Notes: generated by a model not told the origin, from the letters alone. A stretch of DNA of 24,362 nucleotides from Promethearchaeota archaeon (GCA_048941265.1 JBHLNT010000056.1:1-24362), one strand, 5' to 3'; positions 1-9,333 are shown, counted from the stretch's first letter. Translations and numbers: made by a program.

Positions 1-1607
1 CCATGAAAGCATAAACCATCTCGAGCTCCAAAGAATTCGACTCCCCTCGAGAAGGCGACCATTGCTATACCTGCATAGTTTGCTCCTCCTCGATATTTAC
101 CATGACCTGCATTATTTGGCTTGATTTTTCTAGCTAAATAGGGAATTCCACCTTGAAATAGCTCCCATGTCTCCACATCGCCAAGATCTGATTCGGGGTT
201 CCACATGGCATAGCCCCAATCTAATCCATCTTTTACGGCACTAGCTCCTAAGCCCTGACCGCTGATCTCAAAGGTTGATAGAGACCATCTCTGACCCTCA
301 AGAGGTCCTGAGGAATAGATTCCTCCACCTTGAATCGCATCTCCGGTAAAACCATAGCCAGGGACAATTTCTTCTCTATATCCGCGGGAAAATAAGCCAT
401 AAGATATGCATTTCATCATTCCCGTGTAGGCAGGAATCAAGTTCCCCCAGGGAGCCTGATAGGAGAGATAAGGATCACCTGGATTAGACCATGTTCCGGC
501 AGGGTACTCTTTTTCTACAGCAAAATATGCTCCATCATTAACTTTATCACCATATATTAAAATTTGGGTCAAAAGGACCCATTGTCCTCCTTCCATGGCA
601 CCTTTAGCACAGTTCATGCAATTTGGTCCGGGACCACTTGCTCCCTCAAATGAAAGAGAGAATATGCCATTTTCTTTTACAATAATTTCTAAAGGCTCGT
701 TAGAGATCTTATCGATTTTTGCTGTAGGTTGCCACGCTTCATTTTTCATACCTACATCCATAAAGGATGCAGCTCTATATCTTCCAGGTACGAGGCGTTC
801 TTTTACTCTTTCAATAAGGATTCTTCTGCCTTCTTCTATTGCTTCCCTTACAAATCGTTTATAGTAATCGATACCCTCACGTTGAATAAAATCATGAACC
901 GCATCTCTAATCATCAAATTTCCTGCTAATCTACATTTTTCGTCCAATTCCCAATACATAGGAGTTCTTACTGATCTTCTAGCATTTATTAAGTGGTCTT
1001 TCCATATTTTATCATTAGAACCTATCTTGCGACATGTATAATAAACGCCATCGTCAAATCGTTGAACAGCAGATATCAAGTCATGTCCGGGTGTTATACC
1101 ACCAGTATCAATCTGATGGGTCACACCACCAGCCCAGCCTATTAGCTCATCTTCCCAGAATAGTGGGATAAGAGTTTGCACATCTGTCGTGTGGACATTA
1201 CCACATTCAGGATCATTGTTCAGGAAAATATCACCAGGATTAATTCCTACGTCCTCTTCATAATTTTCCCGTATCATGAATTTAATTCCTTCGCTCATGG
1301 TATGAATATGAACTAATATACCAGTCGAAACCACTATAGAGTCTCCTTCAGGTGTATATAACCCAAAACAAAGTTCACCAATTTCTTTAACTATTGGTGA
1401 AGCTGCAACGTGTAATGCAGTTTCTCTTGCAGATACGATTGCACCTCTTAAACTTGCATAGCAGCGTTCATAATTAAATGGATCTTGCTCTTTTAAGCTA
1501 AGTTTGTCTAATCCGTAATAGTAATTTGTTTCTTCAAAAAGTTTTTCACTTTCTTCTAACATTTGCACTAGAGGCTTTCCATTCCATCCTATTGGATTTT
1601 TCGACAT
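1..1607 (-). CDS. acxB: Acetone carboxylase alpha subunit-like protein (hydantoinase B/oxoprolinase family), 3' end truncated by window edge
   Basis: Not in the ORF track because there is no stop in the window. Manual translation from ATG at 1607: MSKNPIGWNGKPLVQMLEESEKLFEETNYYYGLDKLSLKEQDPFNYERCYASLRGAIVSARETALHVAASPIVKEIGELCFGLYTPEGDSIVVSTGILVHIHTM...NNDPECGNVHTTDVQTLIPLFWEDELIGWAGGVTHQIDTGG. This matches AcxB motifs as I recall them (ARETA..IAASPIV..GELCF, GNVHxxD, GVTHxIDTG). Starts 3 nt after the acxA stop, with an SD overlapping the acxA end. Confidence 0.88.
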   Translation of the reverse strand, partial: MSKNPIGWNGKPLVQMLEESEKLFEETNYYYGLDKLSLKEQDPFNYERCYASLRGAIVSARETALHVAASPIVKEIGELCFGLYTPEGDSIVVSTGILVHIHTMSEGIKFMIRENYEEDVGINPGDIFLNNDPECGNVHTTDVQTLIPLFWEDELIGWAGGVTHQIDTGGITPGHDLISAVQRFDDGVYYTCRKIGSNDKIWKDHLINARRSVRTPMYWELDEKCRLAGNLMIRDAVHDFIQREGIDYYKRFVREAIEEGRRILIERVKERLVPGRYRAASFMDVGMKNEAWQPTAKIDKISNEPLEIIVKENGIFSLSFEGASGPGPNCMNCAKGAMEGGQWVLLTQILIYGDKVNDGAYFAVEKEYPAGTWSNPGDPYLSYQAPWGNLIPAYTGMMKCISYGLFSRGYREEIVPGYGFTGDAIQGGGIYSSGPLEGQRWSLSTFEISGQGLGASAVKDGLDWGYAMWNPESDLGDVETWELFQGGIPYLARKIKPNNAGHGKYRGGANYAGIAMVAFSRGVEFFGARDGLCFH

Positions 1608-1610
1608 TAA

Positions 1611-3767
1611 TTACACCTCCATATGGAAAATTCTATGTTTATCAAGTTTAACCCGATATCCCGGTGGAACTACCAGAGTAGTTGCTGGAGCTTCAATAAC
1701 CGCTGGACCATCTACAATATTTCCTGCTTTTAATAAACTCATCTCCCAGAGCGAAGCATCATGCCAGCCTTTTCCCCAGAATAGTTCTCTGTTCCCTTTT
1801 GAAGCTTCATCATCTGGCTTTTTACCACTTAGCTCTTGTTCTGGTAATTTAGGTTTTGGAACTGGCACTATCCCAGTCCCTATTGTCTTAGTTATGTGAT
1901 AACCAAGTTCCGGACTTGTTGTTCCTCTGCGGAATATCTCCTCAAAAAGTTTGTTGTATCTTCTAGTGATTTCTATCAAATCTTCAGAAACATAACGATC
2001 TTTTTCCGTAGAATATTGACTCGTTAATTCCTCTGCAGGCGATTCTACTTCTAAGTCGTCAAACATACCAAAATACTGCATGCGGAGTGAAGGTCTGAAT
2101 TCCATTTCTCTAACATCCCTTCCCTCTTTTTCAAACTCTTTGGAAATTTCAATTTTTAAATCTGTCCACGTGGAACTCATCATTGATGCTACAAATCCAT
2201 CCATCCCTCCATCAGGGGGCATTACTAAATCAACTGATTTTTCATGTCTATATGAATGATCTGCACATGCACAACCGAAAGCAGAGAAAGCCGGTGCCCA
2301 CTCAGGGATTAGTATATTCTGAAAATTCAATTCTCGAGCGTAACCGGCTACATGAAGGGGACCTCCTCCTCCAAAAGAAATTAAAGTATAATTTTCTGGT
2401 CTAAATCCAAGACCTTGAATCATTCCATTGAGATGGTTTTTCATATTAATTTCTATTAAGTCAAGGGCTCCTCTGGCAGTGCTATAAGGATCTGATTTTA
2501 AGGGATCCGCTAATTGTTCTTCGATATATTTAAAAGCTCGTTCTTTATTCAATTTAATTTTTCCTCCAAGAAAGTAATCTGGATTAAGGTATCCCAGAAT
2601 TATACTACAATCAGTCATAGTGACTGTTTCTACTCCAGATTGTTCATTACATACTCCAATCTTGTACCCAGCACTTTCAGGACCAAATTCCAATCTATCA
2701 GAAATATTGTTATATCGGACATACATTCCAGTACCAGCACCTATAGAATCTAAAGCTATCATTGGAATATTTAATATAAAGTTTCCCAGAGAGCTTTCCC
2801 ATTTTGCTGGAACATATCTTTCCATCACGAGACCAACGTCGAAACTTGTGCCGCCTACATCAGAAGATACTAAATTTTTGATTCCATATTTTTCTGCTAT
2901 AAATTGTGTACCAATCATACCACCAATCGGACCTGAGACCATAGTAGGTATAAGAGTTTTATGATAAGGAGAAATTGTCCCACCATATGTAGTTAAAATT
3001 CTGAGGGGAGCAGGAACACCTTTTTCTTTTAATCGTTCAGCAATTTCAATTAATTGTTTCCTCGAAGGTTCCGCGGCATATTGTTCTATAATGATAGCGT
3101 TAAGTCGTGGTGTTTCACCTCTTACTGGATTATGCTCACTTGATAAAATAACAGGAATTTCTCTGCCCATATCCTGCATAACTTCTTTTGCAATTCTTTC
3201 TACCTGCATTTCATGGCTCGAATTCATATACGAACAGAGCAAACAGACGCAGATACTTTCTACGCCTTTACCAAGCAATTCTCTCACAGCCTTTCTTACA
3301 TCTTCTTTATAAAGCGGAATTAGTTCTTCTCCCCAGAAATTAATTCTGCCTCTTACTCCCTTAATTTGCTTTCTTGGGATAAGTGGTTCAGGATGTTCAT
3401 GCTCTCTAGCATGTAACCTGCCTCCATAATCTAGCCAAATCCAGCATTGAAGAGCTCTTCCTAATCTTAAAAGATCTTCGAATCCAGCATTTACAATGAC
3501 CCCTATATTGCTATTTCCCTCTCTTTCTAAAAGACGATTTAACATAGCTGTACCGGAATAAACCAATGCTTCAACAGATTCACCTGAATCGGCTAATGTA
3601 ATCCCTCTATATTGTAGAGAATCGGCAATTGAATTGAGTATTCCCTCAGATTCATTTTCTGGAGTAGTTTGTGCTTTTCCTACAGTAAATTTACCCGTCT
3701 CATCTATTATAAAACTATCAGTCATTGTTCCGCCAGTATCTAATGCGATAGATTTTATTTTAACCAT
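1611..3767 (-). CDS. acxA: Acetone carboxylase beta subunit-like protein (hydantoinase A/oxoprolinase family, ATP-binding)
   Basis: 718 aa; DTGGTMTD, VGKAQTTP, YSGTAMLNR, SGPIGG, DVGGTSFDV, GPESAG, FGGGGPLH and FSAFG motifs of hydantoinase A. VYSGTAMLNR is typical of AcxA. Directly upstream of an AcxB-like gene. Confidence 0.88.
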   Translation of the reverse strand: MVKIKSIALDTGGTMTDSFIIDETGKFTVGKAQTTPENESEGILNSIADSLQYRGITLADSGESVEALVYSGTAMLNRLLEREGNSNIGVIVNAGFEDLLRLGRALQCWIWLDYGGRLHAREHEHPEPLIPRKQIKGVRGRINFWGEELIPLYKEDVRKAVRELLGKGVESICVCLLCSYMNSSHEMQVERIAKEVMQDMGREIPVILSSEHNPVRGETPRLNAIIIEQYAAEPSRKQLIEIAERLKEKGVPAPLRILTTYGGTISPYHKTLIPTMVSGPIGGMIGTQFIAEKYGIKNLVSSDVGGTSFDVGLVMERYVPAKWESSLGNFILNIPMIALDSIGAGTGMYVRYNNISDRLEFGPESAGYKIGVCNEQSGVETVTMTDCSIILGYLNPDYFLGGKIKLNKERAFKYIEEQLADPLKSDPYSTARGALDLIEINMKNHLNGMIQGLGFRPENYTLISFGGGGPLHVAGYARELNFQNILIPEWAPAFSAFGCACADHSYRHEKSVDLVMPPDGGMDGFVASMMSSTWTDLKIEISKEFEKEGRDVREMEFRPSLRMQYFGMFDDLEVESPAEELTSQYSTEKDRYVSEDLIEITRRYNKLFEEIFRRGTTSPELGYHITKTIGTGIVPVPKPKLPEQELSGKKPDDEASKGNRELFWGKGWHDASLWEMSLLKAGNIVDGPAVIEAPATTLVVPPGYRVKLDKHRIFHMEV
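1614..1620 (-). promoter_or_regulatory. Shine-Dalgarno site (GGAGGTG) for acxB inside the last codons of acxA
   Basis: Minus strand reads ATG GAG GTG TAA TTA ATG; GGAGGTG lies 6 nt before the acxB ATG, implying translational coupling. Confidence 0.7.
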
Positions 3768-3940
3768 TATTTTTCCCTTTATTTTGTAATTTTAGATAAA
3801 ATTTAGTGCGATTTTAAAACAAATTATATAATTATTCTATTTTTTTTCCATTCTATTAAATCTTTATATCTACAAAATTTTGATTTGTTAATTGATTTTT
3901 CTTTAAAATCACAAAACTTCAATATAAATAGAATAGTCAA

Positions 3941-4230
3941 CTGTCGAAGAATCAGATCTTTGATATTAAAGGTCTTGATAGCTTTAAAATCCCTAAAATA
4001 AGCGGTCCGAAAAATTTGAATCTATATCCTAATTTTTATTTCAAATTTAAAGAATAGATTATTTTAAAAATTTAAAGTATTTAGATCAGCATCCTCATAA
4101 AAAAATTGTGAGACTTAAGGTCTTAAAAATCTTAATAATTTAAAGACTTTAAATATATCTTACAACAAGATAATTGTAATAAAATGTCTTGAAAATCTTT
4201 CCAACTAAAAAACTTACAAGAATTAGTATT
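3941..4230 (+). pseudogene. Decayed leucine-rich-repeat gene fragment, paralog of 5942..6661
   Basis: 3941-3979 matches 6092-6130 at 36/39 nt (LSKNQIFDIKGLD vs LSQNEIFDIKGLD). It is joined in frame to 3983-4015, which matches 6440-6472 at 29/33 nt (FKIPKISGPKN vs FKVPKIKGPKN). Further frameshifted LRR remnants follow: ISNLK (~4038), FKNLKYLD, GLKNLNNLKTLNISYNKIIVIKCLENLSN*. Has stops and frameshifts and no start. Confidence 0.8.
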
Positions 4231-4234
4231 TATA

Positions 4235-5665
4235 TTATTTTATACCTGCAATCCTTTTTGCCCTTTCCTTGTATTCCTTGAGCCGTTCTATAGACTCTCC
4301 GTAGATAACCATTCTTTGAGCCTGGAGTGAACCCTCGGCATGGAGCGCTAGAACCTCCACATCTGAGGTTAACTCGATTCTTAATGCTTGTACTATTTTC
4401 AATCTATCCTCTGTAGTTATTCCTTTTTTTCCACCCAGATACTTGTCAATGTAGTTTTTTAATTCTGGAATTTGATAATCTTTATATGTTGGAGCTGTTG
4501 TGAATATACCTCCACAGAGGTCTTCTATATCTTTTACAAAGCTGTGATAATTTTCAGCAAAGTGATATTTTGCTAAGTTACTAATAATGGGATTAGGTAT
4601 GGCTATTCCCCCGCGTATTACAGGGTCTGTGCATGAAGCCCTTGCCAAGGAACTCAATGTTTCTAAGTAAATTATCATATTTGTAATTTTTTCTCTGACA
4701 TGTGAGATTTTGTCTATTCCGTTGTATTCAGCTATGGCTACAGCTAATCCTAATAATATTTCGGTCATGGCTATTCTATAGCAAGAGGCAGTGTGTCTAT
4801 GAGAGTATGAAAAGTTATATGCCATGGCACCTGCATATTGCCATTCACCACAGAGAAAAACTTTTTCCCAAGGTACGAAGACATCATCGAATATTATCAT
4901 TGACTCGGTATGGGATCTTATGGGCATATCAATTGGAAATTCCAGCGGGCTTTGGTTATATCTAAAAGGGCGGCATATTTGTTTTAATCCATTAGTGTTC
5001 GCAGGAACAGCGAAAGCTAAGGCATAGTCCTTATCACTCTCTGTCATAGCTCTGCAAGGCAGGATTAGAATTTCATCACAGTAAGCGGCTGAAGTTATAT
5101 GTATCTTCGCTCCTCTAACTATTATTCCTTTGTCGTTTTTATTAATTAAACGGACATAGAAATCCGGATGTGATTGATCAGGTGAAGATGGGTGGAGGCT
5201 TCGATCTCCTTTAACATCGGTCATTGCGCAAGCTACGCTCAAATCATTTTTTCTGACATAGTTATAGTATTCTTTAATTCTCTCAATGTATTCCTTTTTT
5301 CTCATTAACTCGTTTGTAATCATTACCGCATTTAAGCTGTCACCAGCTACATCCTTGGTAAATGGTATTATACCATCGCCAAGTCTAGTTGCAGTTATTA
5401 TTAACTCGTGTCTTTTTAGCAATTCTTCAGCATTTTTAGGTAGATAATAGTGTCTGCTTATCAGTTCACCCGTTTCCGGATGTTTTGCCACAGCAAGATC
5501 TCGGTACTTTGGATCCTCAGCCATTTTATAATCTATTGCAGCTGTTTCAACACCTACTTTTAGCATGGGATGTGTGGTTATATCCTCAACTTTTTCTCCA
5601 ACAATCCAGACCTCTCGGTTATCTCTTAGACCTTTTATATATTCTTCTACGGTTCTTAGACCCAT
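4235..5665 (-). CDS. 4-hydroxybutyryl-CoA dehydratase / 4-hydroxyphenylacetate 3-hydroxylase (HpaB) family flavoprotein
   Basis: 476 aa; LRTVEEYIKGLRD N-terminus, AMTDVKGDRS, IVRGAKIHIT, FDDVFVPWEKVF and HAEGSLQAQR (cf. AbfD HGAGSPQAQR). Lacks the AbfD CxxxC, so the exact reaction is uncertain. Confidence 0.85.
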   Translation of the reverse strand: MGLRTVEEYIKGLRDNREVWIVGEKVEDITTHPMLKVGVETAAIDYKMAEDPKYRDLAVAKHPETGELISRHYYLPKNAEELLKRHELIITATRLGDGIIPFTKDVAGDSLNAVMITNELMRKKEYIERIKEYYNYVRKNDLSVACAMTDVKGDRSLHPSSPDQSHPDFYVRLINKNDKGIIVRGAKIHITSAAYCDEILILPCRAMTESDKDYALAFAVPANTNGLKQICRPFRYNQSPLEFPIDMPIRSHTESMIIFDDVFVPWEKVFLCGEWQYAGAMAYNFSYSHRHTASCYRIAMTEILLGLAVAIAEYNGIDKISHVREKITNMIIYLETLSSLARASCTDPVIRGGIAIPNPIISNLAKYHFAENYHSFVKDIEDLCGGIFTTAPTYKDYQIPELKNYIDKYLGGKKGITTEDRLKIVQALRIELTSDVEVLALHAEGSLQAQRMVIYGESIERLKEYKERAKRIAGIK

Positions 5666-5941
5666 TTTAATCTTCCTTTCAAATTTTTAAAGATCTCTTA
5701 TAAGATTAGGTAATTTTTCAACCGATTATTGCTAAATTTTTTTATTGGTTAATAAAGTTTTTTCTTTTATTATATAGGTATAGTTTTAATGGAAACTTCT
5801 TACAAAAAAAAAAGCTTTTAGAAGCAAAGGTTTTTATGCGAGATTTTTTGTTTCGTGTTCTAAATTAAAACATTATCGTAACATAAACAGACCAGAATCA
5901 ATAGTTTTAAATAGCTAAAAATATAATTCAATAGTTATAAA

Positions 5942-6661
5942 ATGGAATTGAAAGATATAAAAGACTATGTGGTATATGGAGGAAGAAAGTTCCCTGTCGT
6001 AAACGGTGTTTTAGATCTATGGTTAAAATCTATTGAAGAAATTACAGAAATAAAAGGGCTTGATAAAATTTTGGGTTTAAAAAGCTTAGAGCTGTCGCAG
6101 AATGAGATTTTTGATATTAAAGGTCTTGATAACCTTATTAATCTTGAGAACTTAGATCTTTCTCATAATTATATAGTAAAAATAGAGGGGCTTGATAAGC
6201 TTCAAAATCTTAGAACTATTGACTTGCATTCTAATAAAATCCTTACTATCGAGGGATTAGAAAATCTTACCAATTTAGAATATTTGAATTTGTGTTATAA
6301 TGAAATTATTGAAATTAAAGGGCTTGAAAATCTTGTTAATTTAAAAATATTAATCCTTTCAGGTAATCACCTCACAGAAATTACTGGATTGGAAACATTA
6401 AAAAATTTATCAGAGCTCCACCTTCACGATTGCCCCCTTTTTAAAGTACCTAAAATAAAAGGTCCGAAAAATCTAAAAGTGCTTGGACTTAATAGGACAA
6501 GAATTTCGAATTTAAAATCTCTTACAAATGCAAGGAACTATACAATAAAGATAAAAGATACCCCAATTGCAAAAGAAATTATTAAAAATTTTGGAGGAAT
6601 TATTGGCGATGATGGAACACTTCATAATTTATCTGATGTTTTGAAAAAATGCAATATTTGA
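5942..6661 (+). CDS. Leucine-rich repeat protein (SDS22-like 22-aa repeats)
   Basis: About 6-7 tandem LxxLxLxxNxIxxIxGLxxLxN repeats, e.g. LENLDLSHNYIVKIEGLDKLQN and LEYLNLCYNEIIEIKGLENLVN. Confidence 0.93.
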   Translation: MELKDIKDYVVYGGRKFPVVNGVLDLWLKSIEEITEIKGLDKILGLKSLELSQNEIFDIKGLDNLINLENLDLSHNYIVKIEGLDKLQNLRTIDLHSNKILTIEGLENLTNLEYLNLCYNEIIEIKGLENLVNLKILILSGNHLTEITGLETLKNLSELHLHDCPLFKVPKIKGPKNLKVLGLNRTRISNLKSLTNARNYTIKIKDTPIAKEIIKNFGGIIGDDGTLHNLSDVLKKCNI

Positions 6662-6851
6662 CTGAAAAAATCTTTTGAAATCAAAAAGAGGCTTGCCTTT
6701 TTATGTTACATTTCTTCAGATCATTTTAATATCTTTTTCCTTAAACTTATTAATAATTTGTTTTATTAGATGATTAGTAAAAATTTTCATCAAAAATATT
6801 CGAGAAGATAAAAAAATTCTAAAATAAAGGGTTAAGATATATCGTTCGTTT

Positions 6852-7445
6852 ATGAAGAACAATAATAGTACAAATGAGATAAAACCGCAGTACATTATTA
6901 AGCTGTGCGTATTAGGTCAAGGTGGGGTGGGCAAAACTTGTATATGTAGAAGGCTTTGCTACAATACTTTTGATGCAAATACCCAATTGACTATTGGTGT
7001 TGATTTTTATACTTATGATCTACCGATTTTAGTTGGCGGGCAGGAAAAATTCATTAGGCTCTCTTTATGGGATTTTGGAGGACAAGAACAATTCAGAAAA
7101 TTCTTTCTTTATTACCTTAGTGGTGCAAACGGTATTATGTTGGTTTTTAGTTTAGTAAATATTCAAACTTTACTTATGCTGGATTGGTGGTACGATAAGC
7201 TTGTTCAACATAATCACCAAAACACACCGAGATTTATAATTGGCACTAAGAGTGATTTAATAAATACTCCAGATGCAAGCACTCTTATAGATGATTTAGT
7301 CATTGATCGTTTTCTTAAAAGACATGATGAAAAAAGCTTTATTAAGACATCTTCAAAAGCTAATCATAACATTGAGTATAGTTTTAAAGAATTGGTAAGA
7401 AAAGTACTAGATTATTATCATTTTCAATATGATAAGATTATATAG
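6852..7445 (+). CDS. Small GTPase, Rab/Roc-like (Ras superfamily)
   Basis: G1 GQGGVGKT, G2/RabF1 TIGVDF, G3 LWDFGGQEQF, G4 TKSD, G5 TSSK; 197 aa; no C-terminal Cys prenylation motif. Confidence 0.93.
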   Translation: MKNNNSTNEIKPQYIIKLCVLGQGGVGKTCICRRLCYNTFDANTQLTIGVDFYTYDLPILVGGQEKFIRLSLWDFGGQEQFRKFFLYYLSGANGIMLVFSLVNIQTLLMLDWWYDKLVQHNHQNTPRFIIGTKSDLINTPDASTLIDDLVIDRFLKRHDEKSFIKTSSKANHNIEYSFKELVRKVLDYYHFQYDKII

Positions 7446-7672
7446 TTAAATAAATTTCCCTGTTTATTTAATGGGAAAACTTTATAGGAGTAAACTTAAA
7501 TCCAACAAATAATCATTTTTAATCCTTTATATGGGAGTTCTTTTAGAATGATTTATATCATTTTTTAAATTTCATAATATTGATAAACCATTATAAAGAT
7601 TATTTAAAATAAATAAAATATATTAATTGTTATAAAAAAATCTCAATTAAAGCCGTTAATGGTCTTTAGGAT

Positions 7673-8608
7673 TTGGAAGAAAATTATTGTATTTTCACTT
7701 TAAAAGGATTTGATGCTCGCATAAATTCAATGGCAATATCTCCTGATGGTATTTATATTGTCATTGGTCTATCTGACAGTACAATAAGAATATGGCAATT
7801 TGGTACAGGAAAAACAATCCGTAAGCTTGAAGAGCATAGGGATGAAATCACATCTGTGGTTATTACTCCCCAAGGTAAGTATATAGCAAGTGGTTCAAAA
7901 GACCGTATCATATGGATCTGGGATTTATTAACAGCCTTACCATTAAGACAAATAGAAGCTCATAGTAAAAAGATTGTTTCTTTAGCAATATCTCCAGATG
8001 GAAAATATCTCGCAAGTGCTGCAAGCGATCAAACTGTGAAGCTTTGGGAGTTAAAAACAGGTGATCTTATCACTACATTTGAAGGATATGAGGAAAAGGT
8101 TCGAGTAATTACTTTCTCTCCCGATGGACAATATATCTTGACGGGATCAGGTAAAATGCTTGGTGCCGATTGTAGCGTTAGAATTTATTCTCTTGATGGT
8201 AGTGCTACCCTTATAAAAAAAATAACATGGCAAGAAGAGCCAATCTATTCAATGTCAATGTCTCCTGATGGAAAATTAATTATTTGTGGTTTAGCATATT
8301 TTCTACCTAAAGAAAATTGTAAAATAAACATTATAGATTTCGAAACTGAGATAATCATTGGAATACTTGAGGGCCATAAAGGTTCAGTAGATTCAATTGC
8401 TTTCTCTCCCGATGGCAAATATATGATTAGTGCTTCTCTTGATAAAACTTTAAAAGTGTGGGAGGTAAATACATGGAATCTTATTGAAACACTTCAAGGT
8501 CATGAAGATGCCATAAGATCGGTTTTATTCTCTCCTGATGGTAAATATATATTCAGTGGATCATGGGATAAAACTTTAAAAATTTGGAATTTTCATGATA
8601 TAATTTAA
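7673..8608 (+). CDS. WD40 repeat protein, single 7-bladed beta-propeller (TTG start)
   Basis: Seven repeats of the type GHxxxVxSVAFSPDGKYxxSGSxDKTLKIW cover the whole 311 aa. Confidence 0.93.
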   Translation: MEENYCIFTLKGFDARINSMAISPDGIYIVIGLSDSTIRIWQFGTGKTIRKLEEHRDEITSVVITPQGKYIASGSKDRIIWIWDLLTALPLRQIEAHSKKIVSLAISPDGKYLASAASDQTVKLWELKTGDLITTFEGYEEKVRVITFSPDGQYILTGSGKMLGADCSVRIYSLDGSATLIKKITWQEEPIYSMSMSPDGKLIICGLAYFLPKENCKINIIDFETEIIIGILEGHKGSVDSIAFSPDGKYMISASLDKTLKVWEVNTWNLIETLQGHEDAIRSVLFSPDGKYIFSGSWDKTLKIWNFHDII

Positions 8609-8646
8609 CAACATTAAAAAACCAACATTTGACGCGCTTTTTTCTA

Positions 8647-9333
8647 TTATTTTATTAAATCCTCAAATTCACGATCAGATAGGAATCCTTTTTGTTGCAT
8701 TATACTTTTAATTTCATCAACAAGGTATCGAGTCGATTGTTGTTCTGAAATAGCAGCCTCCAATATCTTTATTTTATTTTTGAAATCATTATTTAGCTCT
8801 AATTTTGCTTCTAAATCACTGTTAATTTTTGTAATTTCTTGTTCTTTTTGTTCAATAATTTCTCTTAAATTTTCAATCTCTTTGTTTTTTTGCTCTATAT
8901 TAATTTTGAACCTTTCAATTTCTCTATTTTTTTGATTATTAATATTTTTTAGATTTTCTATCTGATTCTTCTTTTCGGTAAGATCTTTTACAGGTCCCTC
9001 CTTTAAAACTTCTATTTCATTGCTTTTTTCAGATAAATTTTGCTCAAATTTAGCTATATTATTTTTTAATAAGCTTATTTCCTTCTCTGCCCTTCTAAGT
9101 TGCTCTTTAGATTCCTTTAAATCTTTATCATTAAATGATAACTTATCAGTTAAATCTCGTAATGTATCCTCTTTTTTACTTAAATTTTCTCTCGTTTTTT
9201 CTAAATTTTTTTTATTTTGAGCTAATTCCAATTCTAAATCGTGAATTTTAGCTCTAAAATCTAACAAAATCTGCCCGTCTACCTTTATTTTCGTTTCAGG
9301 TTTAGATTCTATTTTAGACCAATCAATACTCAA
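8647..9333 (-). CDS. Coiled-coil protein, paralog 1 of a head-rod-tail family (TTG start)
   Basis: Head MSIDWSKIESKPETKIKVDGQILLDFRAKIHDLE; K/E/N/I/L heptad rod; tail IKSIMQQKGFLSDREFEDLIK. Homologous to three other genes in the window. Confidence 0.88.
   Translation of the reverse strand: MSIDWSKIESKPETKIKVDGQILLDFRAKIHDLELELAQNKKNLEKTRENLSKKEDTLRDLTDKLSFNDKDLKESKEQLRRAEKEISLLKNNIAKFEQNLSEKSNEIEVLKEGPVKDLTEKKNQIENLKNINNQKNREIERFKINIEQKNKEIENLREIIEQKEQEITKINSDLEAKLELNNDFKNKIKILEAAISEQQSTRYLVDEIKSIMQQKGFLSDREFEDLIK

Noticed and set aside
1-5665. Visibly higher GC in the acx/AbfD-like block as evidence of horizontal transfer
   Set aside because: Can be explained by Gly/Ala/Pro-rich enzyme composition versus K/E/N/I-rich neighbours. 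No integrase, transposase or flanking repeats are seen, and GC3 was not computed.
595-5670. Short + strand ORFs (595, 729, 2183, 2514, 2620, 3091, 4702, 4824, 5485)
   Set aside because: Antisense shadows of acxB, acxA and the AbfD-like gene, with no recognisable motifs.
5942-7445. LRR and GTPase as one frameshifted Roco gene
   Set aside because: Separated by 190 bp of AT-rich non-coding DNA, each has its own start and stop, and no COR domain follows the GTPase.
7455-7478. TTTCCC-N12-GGGAAA hairpin after the GTPase stop (and a similar weak one at ~6683-6702)
   Set aside because: Stems are too short or loops unsuitable, and archaeal termination does not need hairpins; not supportable as terminators.
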